Shown here piece after piece: positions 53,911-64,000 of a stretch of DNA of 64,000 nucleotides. The position numbers were made by a program, and so were the translations under genes. The DNA comes from Perna viridis. Its lineage: Eukaryota. Positions within the stretch are counted from its first letter, which is position 1, and each line of letters begins with the position of its first letter. Under the pieces are notes generated by a model that was given only the letters and a program-made list of their open reading frames with translations, ran no database searches and was not told where the DNA came from. Location of the stretch: positions 35,873,626 to 35,937,625 of the forward strand of contig CM074516.1 of NCBI GenBank assembly GCA_037379345.1. Reading direction: 5' to 3'.

Positions 53911-54634
53911 TTATTTACACAATTTTTAAAACTATTAACAAGATTTTCCACAAAGTTCAGTTTAAAAAAAGGGGAACTCACAAACAAAATAACCCAGTTT
54001 ATCCTTATACCATAAAAAAACGGACGTGGTGTAGCTCAAACATTTTGAATTATCTCTCAAGAAAATTAAATCCAAAACATGCCTAAATTATGTTTGATAT
54101 AAAATATGATTTTATTGACAAACTTTATAACCATTTTCTTTGTAGTTTGGCGTAAAGTGTAATGGTATCACAGCATAGATGATCATTTAATGTTCAGTAG
54201 ATTTACCAGCGGAAATTGAAATTTTGCCTCGATAATTGGAAACTAGGGAATGCGAAGAGAGGTACCTATCATAATATGTTTAAGACTATCTATAAATCAA
54301 TAAAAGTTCTAATCACATTGAAGAGGAATCATGAACATTGTAGTGCTGTTGTTAAAACGGTATAAAATACTAAAAGATATTTGTAGATACCAGGTAAAAT
54401 ACCAGATTGGAATTAATGAAGATTCTATTTTGCAAAACAAACAGCACTCCTTGTGGCTTCTAAAAACATGCATACTCATGTCCATTGTTGAAGGCTCAGT
54501 TTTATCATACAGGGTGTTGACGTGATTCTATGACTTACACTAATTAGATTCGTTGACTGCCAATTTTGAAGCCACGCTGTTTTAATATGCATTTGCTCTG
54601 TTAGACCTGTTTTGTTTTGCATTTATTTTTGTTT

Positions 54635-54635
<1 letters not shown>

Positions 54636-54670
<35 letters not shown>
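54636..54670 (+). repeat. (CA)n microsatellite, about 17 units
   Basis: Perfect CA run followed by a short AT run. Confidence 0.98.
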
Positions 54671-54678
<8 letters not shown>

Positions 54679-57600
54679 GTACAACTACGTGTTTATTTGA
54701 GTTATTTTTTGAGTTATTGATCGTAATGAAAGTGTTAAGCAAATACAAAACTCCCGCGGCATCTCGCCTTACAAGTGGTATGTAATTTCTGATCATGTTA
54801 TATTTTATGTATACATACAAATGTTACATGATCAGAAATTCTATATACGATATGACGACAATTTAGGTTGAACTAGCAAGATCTTATAAAGGAAAACTAT
54901 AAGGGCGTCATTTATGGAATTCCGGAATTCTTTCCTCAGCTGGAACAACACGTATTTTTTAATGAAAAAAAGTAAAACACAAAGGAATCTCAATGTCCTT
55001 TGTATTTCTTATGTGAAGTCAATGGTTCAAATTGTGACAGAATTGTTGCCCTTGAGACGAGTTAAAAATCGAGTACTAATTTATTTAATGAACATACAAC
55101 CAATCATTCAACATATGTACTACTTTCAAGGTTTTGTTCCTTGGTTAAAGACTATAAAAGTCAAATAGGTACCGTATATTGACCCGTATAGATGTCAAAA
55201 TTACAACACGCTCCACCAGAGAATTGTTTTCACGATATGGAAGGTTATTTTACTTTTTTGCCACGATGAAAATTTCATCAAAATGTTACAAACTGTTTAG
55301 AAACAATTGTATTTGCAAAAAGAAACAAGAAAAGTGGATTCGTGCTTTTCTGGGGGTTTGACATGCTAATTACGTTTTAATGTTCCCTAATCACTCAATA
55401 GTTTTTTCAAGTTTCATTTCACCTTTTTCTTACACTTTTTTTTAAACGAGAATTATTCACATTCTTTAATTAAACATCTGTTTATGGAACAAAATCCGTT
55501 TGTATGAATGAAAATAACGTGATTTGGGCAACGAAGTTGTTAAAATACCGCGTATTCAGACACATGAGTAACGTACGAGTTCTTCGATTGCTTTTTATGT
55601 CAAAAGAGTCATATTTATATGAAATAGAACACCAATAAAGCATCCCAAGTGGCACTGAAGTGAGGTTTTAGTATCATATCAAGCTTACGTGCACGCGTCT
55701 AGTTAAGCGTACTTTATTAGGGCAATATTTAGAGGAGATGAATGTGTCTGATACCACCTCATTATGTAACACCAAGTAATATGAATCTCAGCATAACAAA
55801 GATGGGAAAGTATTTTTGCAATTTAGAGGAAGTGATTTTTAAATGAGATCAATCCATTTAAAGGAGCAAAGGAAGCTATTGACTTACGAAAAAAAATACT
55901 TACAACTGAAAAAAATAGAAGATTAAGAATGAACGGAAACGGTGAGAAGTACCATGTCCAACTTTCTTTATTTTTATTTTGCTCGTTTGTTTTATGTCGT
56001 TTTGTGTTATGATGATACTATATACATGTACTCGATTTTAATTGTTTCGCTTATATATTGAATGTTATTATTTACTATCCATGCTTCTTATAAATCATAA
56101 ATGTGATATCTGTAAAATTTCACAGTTGTTTTGGTTGATTGTCACTTCTAAACGAATTTATCATACGGCAGTGGTCACCGCCAATGTTTCCATTACATCA
56201 ACAAAAATAGTTGGATATTGATGCAATATTTAAATACACTTTTCTTAATTTTTTTCAAGTATAAACGATTTTATATACGGAGACTTATATCTTGAACTCC
56301 CTCAATTATCACAAATCCTATTGTGTACTAAATACAAATGACTGGAATAGAACATGCTCAACTCTTTCTCATATGCTTAGTATTTATCATATGATTTATC
56401 TGTAAGCTCAAAAGCAATCCGTTAAAGTTTATCTTAAATAAAACGAAAATAAAAGAATTCAGAAAATATTAAAACATAATTTTGACAGTAGAAAAATACT
56501 ATGTGAAAAATAAGGAAGACCACTGAAACCTTCAGAGGAAGAAGAAACAAGAGCAATACGTCCCTAGGTCTTCGCATTTCAAAACATATTTTGTTAGTCA
56601 TGCTGAACTTTAGTAATACGGCAGAAACACTCGTTGGAAGGACGAAAATTTCACAAAGTCGCTTTCATAAAAACCAGACTGAGACGACAAAAACATGCTC
56701 TGTTCTTTAAAAAATTAAGACTACCAGAAGATCATAGGATAAGTTTCCCTTGCATTTTAACAACATGTTATTTTTATTCTAAGGTTACCATATTAAAAGC
56801 ATCACGTCTTTTAAAAGTTGATATGCACATTTATATAACGCCGATATTGATGGTATTATACTAATACCGATGTTATAACACTCTAAAAGAAAGTAAAAAA
56901 AAGTGTCACTTTTTGCTTTTAATGTATGATTAAAATTCTGGCCGAGTTGTATAAGTCTATAAAAATAGGTGGAAATCAAGCATTTACACTTGACATCGGA
57001 AAAAAATGTACGTTTTAAACTCCTTTTACATCAAGATTTAAAGACTTTTGAATAAATTTTAAATACCTAATTAAGCCATGTTTTCAGTTGCGGTTAATAT
57101 TTTGTTTAGAAGAAATATTGGGAATGTTGATATGTCTTTGTTATTTACTATAATTAAATATAATGTATTCAAAGTACCACTTACAGTTCCATGAGACGTA
57201 AAAAAATCGAAATGTACTCGGAGAAACTATTTCACTTAATCTACGGAAGAATGGCTTAACTTTCCACACAGCAGGATGTGGAAATATTGAACTTTTCGCT
57301 ACTATTATAACATCTATTTAAGTGATTATTATGAATGTTTAAATCTATTAGAACGCGTTTACAAGGATTTAGATATATAATTATATTTTAGAGAAAAATT
57401 AAAGAAACGCGTCGAATATAAAATAAAAGTAAGGCTTATGTTCAAAATAATTGATTTTAAACTTTCCACTCTCGAGATGCTCTACTGGCCAAATGCTCAC
57501 CCGCAGTGGTGAAAAGAAACAAACCCTATTAAACGTTTACTATAAGGTCTTTTCTATCTTTTTGATAATATAACTATGGACCACATCTTTAAATTAAGCA

Positions 57601-58743
57601 GACTTTAAATGTAAGCAAGGCATGGCGCTGGGAGACCCATTGTTGACACCCTTTTAACAGAGATGATTAATAAATGCCCATTAGTCACCAAGCTCCTGTG
57701 TGTGTAATTAACAGTTTCCCCTTTGTACATATCCTATGATAGCATAATTAAAGAGCTTGTTGAGCCCAAGTACTTAATATACGGTAAATATATATCTATA
57801 ACGAGAGGGAAAATTAAACACCGATATATTCCTGGGGATGCTGTTTCAATCAGAACGAAATAAATTATAGAGAGAAAGCAAGAAAATTGATATTCAACCA
57901 TATTAACTCGTTACAACAGTAATCACTGTTGTTAAAAGCATTAAGTTTAATAAACAATATGTAATAAAGAAATAACTGTGATTTTCATGTATATTGTTTT
58001 GACCCAATTCTACAAATATCCTTTAAGACAAGTACGCTAAGTAAAAGTAGTGGTATCTTTGATTTATGTGATCAAAAAATGTTGAGATGTACCGAGGACA
58101 TTCTTTATTGTTTGAAAAAAAAAACTACTAATGGACTGCACGAAAGTGCTCCTTTAACTTTCGATTCGTACATCTATGATATAATTGCATTGAACAAAAA
58201 CAACAACAAAACAAAAACAAAACAAAAACTGAAAGACCATATAATGATAAAATGTGTTTACACCATTGGTATATTTTCTGATAACTTTTTGATACTTGGT
58301 AAACAACTTATCATTTATCAAAACCAACGCCTTGCTTTTAATGATGAATGATATTAAAAAGTGGGTGCTGTTTGCATATTCTAGTAGTAGCTTATACAGT
58401 GTATGGACTTAATCCCTTCATACTTTCAGTATTTTTTATTCGAAAAATTTATTATTTTGTACGCTACAACTGTAAGATAAAAATGAAAAACATGGCCATT
58501 AACAATTCAATCGTTTTTACTTATAATTATACATAATCCGTTTGAAGCTGCTAATTGTCTATGTCATTGACACCATGATGATTTTGCTATTGAAGCTAAT
58601 AACCTTTCAAAAGCTTCTAGAAAAATTTCAAACCTTTATGTCCAGTTGGTAAAATGATCATTGCCTCTCAAATCCGCGGCTTTTTCTATCGGTTTGCTAT
58701 TCGGCTTTAGAAATAACTATTTTTTGTTATGTTGCTATGTTAT

Positions 58744-59145
58744 GGTTATGTTGCTACAAGATTGAAGTCATCACTACAGAAGTTTTATGGTCTCATCATG
58801 AACTCGTGGATCGTTTCGGTGTATCCATCTGCACCATGAAAATTGATTGGTTCAACGTGTCATAGTTTTCCTTTTCTCTTTCGTCTACCCCGGACTTTAC
58901 GTTTTATGAGCAACTGGACGGGTGTTTCTAGAAAGGCAGAGGACGCTTACCTACCGGTGCACCTGGTCCATGCTCCCAGTTTTTGGTGGCGTCCGAGTTG
59001 CTCATTTACTTTTGTTACTTTGTATGTATTATTTTAGTTATTTATGTTCTTTGTTGTGTATGTCTGTTTTCTATGTTTGGTCTTTGTCCCCGGACTACAT
59101 TCTTTTGATTTTCGCGGGAATCTTAGTTCCCTTGATTACTCTTTT
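58744..59145 (+). mobile_element. 5'-truncated Penelope-like retroelement 3' end
   Basis: GYVATRLKSSLQKFYG, 1-nt deletion, HHELVDRFGVSICTMKIDWFNVS*, then a structured 3' UTR and T-rich tail; matches 21663-22040. Confidence 0.8.
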
Positions 59146-62100
59146 GATAGGTGGAAAACCTTTTTGAATAGATATGAACATAACTAAATTTTAACCTGAT
59201 AAAGATGCGAAAAGACCATTTACAACAATAAACCTTGTAACTCGGAATATTTGCTCCAAATCACATCTTAATAGAAGCTATAAGTCTCAGGATCGGGTCA
59301 TTGTTTAATTGTTGTAATCGTTTACTATATGTATTCGAACATCGTTGAAGATAACCGTTATTGTTGTAGTATTTTATGTTCAGGTAAGTTATAAGCGTGC
59401 TACAGTCCATGAAGACTTTTGATAAAATTCACGTGAAACCAATGGCTATCCATCTTCAGCTGTTAAGTAGTGCAGCAATGTAGAACTAACTTTAAAAATA
59501 TTTGATAAAAAATGAAGTTTAATCAACCACTAATTCCATTACTTTATTTCGTTTTGATGCAATATTAGTTGACAAATATATATTTCAATATTTACTATTT
59601 TCAATAAAGACATTTAATACAAAATAAAGATAGGTGTATCTAATTACTGCAAACATTGTAAGATACACTTATTGACTAATTCATGCATATTTCTGTTCTA
59701 AGTTGACGACAGAGTACCAATAAAGATGGTCTTAAAGTTTTCACCCACCCATGCAACCTTCACAAAAGTGTCCATATTTACCACAATTGAAGCCTCTTCA
59801 CGGAATATCGAAATACTGTCTTGATGACAATATTTCTATTTCAAGTGATTTGAACGAAGTAATTAGTTCTAAATGATGAGACCGATATCTTTGATTCAAT
59901 ATCTTCTCATAGTTTAAATGCTTGTAAATTGCACCTGTTCACTTATACAGTATCTTTATAAGAGTCAGGCTAATGAAAGCTACATGTCATTTCTGTGAAC
60001 AATATATTCGTTTGATTACCGTTTATACGACCTATTTCGATGTGCATAATGTGCAATTATCTACAACAAGCTGGTTTTTTTTATCTATTAATTAATTTAA
60101 CAAACAGTTTGTTTCCTTTTTCCCTTTTAAGCATATATTTGTTACTTTCAAATAGAAAGTAACAAATAGGTCGATATGTCCCCGATCTGCGATATATCTG
60201 TTCACATCTTACACTGATTTCCTTAGATAAATACAAATTATGATATTTTCAAAAGAATGATAAAAATGTACTTTTGCACAGTTAACTCTCATTTAACATC
60301 CAGTGTATGATTTTTCAGTACAAATATATATAATGATATGGTGATGTTGATCGACTTAGTAATTGATCCACTGTCTGCTACTTAATTATTCTTTGGAGGT
60401 TTTATTAAAGGCGCATGCTACAATATTAAACAAAATATAATCTTTACATAGACTATTACAGTAGCTTAAGAAATAAATTCAGGGTGGTCGGTTTAAGTTT
60501 TATCCAGATCAATTACTATAAATCTTCAAAAAGATAGAATTCTCATGAAACCTAATACATCATTTACTTACATGTATATCATGAAAAGAGGACTAAATAT
60601 CCTGATCTCTTTCATACATAGTTAAACTTTTTTCGTGGTTTTTAATATCGATAATAGGGCGAGTCAATATAAAATATGCACTACTGTATACATTACGTGA
60701 TTTTGCTGTATAAAATTACAAACTTGAATAATCTTTGAGTTCATTTTAAAAATGTTGAAATTCCGTACATGCCACTAACTTCAACGGTTTCCATTTGAGA
60801 GAAAGATACGTTCTGAAGTATGTTTGGATACCGATAAATTAATAGCGAGAAACTCCAGAAAGTTCAAATATTGATTCCATGTGTCCCTCCCACTGACAAA
60901 TGCGGCATTTAACTTAAATAAATTATTGTGTAATAATTACGCTGTGACAAACAAAACATACAAAAGAGATCTTACCAAAGTTGAGATACTATAAGACGGT
61001 ATTTGTTATCGACGAGAAACTAACCATCCATACACACGATTTTTTGGAAAATAAACACGAGACATAGACTTTTGCTGTACCTGTATCACCATTCTGTAGA
61101 GTACAAATTTGTTAAAACAAAATTAAAGTAAATACAAGCAGTACAGTGAATATAACCAACAAAGAAGATGATATACACGCAATATATATATATAAATATA
61201 TAATATTTTCTCCTATACAATCAATATAAATAACCTTCGATTTCTCGAAAAGTCGAACTGACTAGTCGGTCCGCAGTCAAACAAAGACGCAGTCGGTATT
61301 GAGCTCGCTTTTACATCACTTGACATTCATAATGCTTAACCATGACAATCTAACCGATGTAGCTCACACTATCGCATTTCATTGGACAAATGTGGTGGCA
61401 ACCGTGAAATTTAAGGCTCCATTGTGGACATCAGTGTCCAGAATATTTTCAATCACTTTTATACATTAAGTAATCTTTTGTATTAAATAACTGGAATTAG
61501 AACCAAGGATTTATATATTTAAATCCTTGGTTGAAGCAATAAAATAATTGAAATACGAAGCATAGTACAGTGACCACACAGTTCTCCAAATAAAATCTTA
61601 ATCGGATGTAGTTATTAACAAACCGAGAATGTACTAGTATTTTACTTGTTGCGGATAAGTCTTATCAATTTCAGATGATTGTGTAAAAAGCATCTTTTAA
61701 GATTGACCCTCTGTAGTTGACAGATTGCGACGGCTGCAATATCTTTGAATCCAAAATGCAGCTATTTACTATCCGTTGATTATTTGAATAAACCCTTTCA
61801 TTGTGCCTTACTTACTATAATAGCAGTATTTTCTAACAGTGGTAACATGAAAAAATTACTTCAAACTGAGTTTTTGGTCATAATGAGCAAGCGAATTAGA
61901 ATAGACAGATTGCCTCGAAGTGCATTATTCAGAACGTTTATGTATAAAAACATTGTTTCCATTTGCATTGAAATGCGAAAATATTTGTACATCAGTTGGT
62001 TTATGTCAAGAAGCTATAGAAATAAAATGTATTGATCTATGTGCCATTCCCTCTCACATACATGGCATTTAACTCAAATAGCTTATTGTGCAACATTTTA

Positions 62101-64000
62101 TGCCTTTTGAAATAAAGAAATTCAAAGAAGTTCTTACCAATAGTAAAGATTATTCTTAAACAATGTAAGACCATGAAGAACACTTACAAAAATAGCACAC
62201 AAAAACCCGTTATTAAGATATGAAAGAAAATTCGAATAAAAATTTTTGTTTTTTGTACGAATTAAGATTCTTTAATAGTTTGTCTCCTGAGTGTGACCTA
62301 AACTTCAAGAGAAGAATTTCTAGCTGTCGTTTTGAAAAGCAAACGTACACATTCAGTAGTTGTGTATTCCAAAAAGTAAGAAATATTAAGTCTTTTTCTT
62401 TTTTGTGTTCATTTTCTGTGTGACATTGGAATACTTTTATTGATTATTCTTGTTTTCAAGGGAAATAGCAATGTTCTGTTATGGCGTTTAATTTAATTAA
62501 AGACCATATCTCCAACAGCAATTTCGTCATTATCTTTTAGTCTTCCCTGAAGCCCAATTTCATTGTGTATTATATTCGTATTTATTTACCCTATAATTAA
62601 GGAAGACAAAATTTCATCAGCCTATCTAGTATTCAGAGTATATCAAGCAGTGAATTGTTTTTTTTTCGCAGTTCAGTTGATAACTTGGGTGGTTTTCTAT
62701 CAAAAAGACAGTGATATAGAATTGTACAAATGTAAAACAACGTAAAACTCTATTTAACGTGAAAAAGTGTACATCTGATCATTAAATCATAATGGTGTCA
62801 TGATATTTTTGCATGACGCGGTCACCTTTTTCTTGTTAAGGCAAGAAATATTAAACGGTATTTTTATTCTTGTCACCTGATATGAATAATGAGTTCGGTG
62901 CAAATAAGTCAAAAGTTGAAAATTTGTATAACAATAGTTTGCTAATAGACAACGAAGACAAATAAAATCAGTATAATCTTTGACCAATCTGTTTATAATC
63001 GACACTACGTGTATATATATAAATGAAAAAATCTAGTAATATCATATCATTTTACACGATATATATTTTTTTCCATTCTTTGAACAGGGTTTTTCATGTT
63101 TTAACAAATGGTTTCTGGTAATGTTTAAAGTTTGGATAAGTCACATATTTAGACTTTTGAGGCATTCGCCAGAGATGCCCTTTTCAACCTTTACTTTTTT
63201 CACGCTTATAACATTTCAAAGCGAAAACATTCCTAATTTTTTTCCACCGAAATAAATTAACTAAAATGTTTTTTTATGACTGCATATAAATGGATAATGT
63301 ATTTCCATATCTTTTGAAAGTAGAATTAATGACAGCTTTTAGTGTCCTTATTTAAATTTACAGCTTTCGTGTTTAGCTTCTAGATATTGGCATGCACCGT
63401 AAACTCGAATAAATAAAGATATAAACTATTTGTTGAGGTCAGACGTATCACTATACTTAAGGACTTTAATCATGGTCATTTGTAGCAGACCGTCCCCGAG
63501 AGGAGAACAACATTCTGTTGTAGTGTATATATTTGACAACGACGTAGTCTATATTTTTAATGCAAATGCTGCATTATTCATTTCAAATTGTTTATCATTG
63601 TATGATGCAATTGGAGTTGGTCATTTTTATATCTTATTTCACTGGTCATAAATACATGGTCTGCTTTTAAAGTTGATATTGTTCTTGAATTTTTTTATTA
63701 CAATTTCTGTGTTTATAAGTATAGATACATGCAACACAAAATGTTCTTAAAAAAAAAGTTTCACAATCTCAAAAGCGATTCAACATTTAGTCCTCCCTGG
63801 TTCTATGGTGCGTAGATGTTGACTTGTTAGAAATAATGTCGTAATTTTTAAAGTTGATTTTGTTTTTGAATTTATTTTTTATCACAGTTTTTCACAAGTG
63901 TTATTCTACTTGAATTGTACACTCCAGAATATATATAATGATGTTTAAACACAAAATCATTAATGTACTTTAAAATTTAAAAAAATAACGTTACACAGTT

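Overview
AT-rich, gene-poor eukaryotic DNA. The repeat families resemble those I recall from mytilid bivalves (Mytilus-like); this is inference, not a database result. The only recognisable host gene sequence is one minus-strand coding exon (18736-18928) encoding a signal peptide and the start of a Reeler domain, most like invertebrate F-spondin/spondin-1. It ends at a phase-1 GT donor, and I found no further exon in the 18.7 kb downstream, so 1-18735 is probably intron. The rest is non-coding DNA with many repeats: short TIR elements (8-bp-TSD, TTAA-TSD and TWA-like classes), 3' ends of a Penelope-like retroelement, an RTE LINE nested in a CR1-group LINE, and several minisatellites. Best leads: an inverted pair of the same 23-24 bp minisatellite (30.7-33.4 kb), a degenerate minimal hammerhead ribozyme (41.6 kb), a conserved three-way-junction fold in the Penelope-like 3' ends, and an orphan Trp/Gly-rich small ORF (49.7-49.9 kb). 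No prokaryotic-type system, CRISPR array, tRNA or rRNA is supported. I cannot claim a clearly new biological system from sequence alone.
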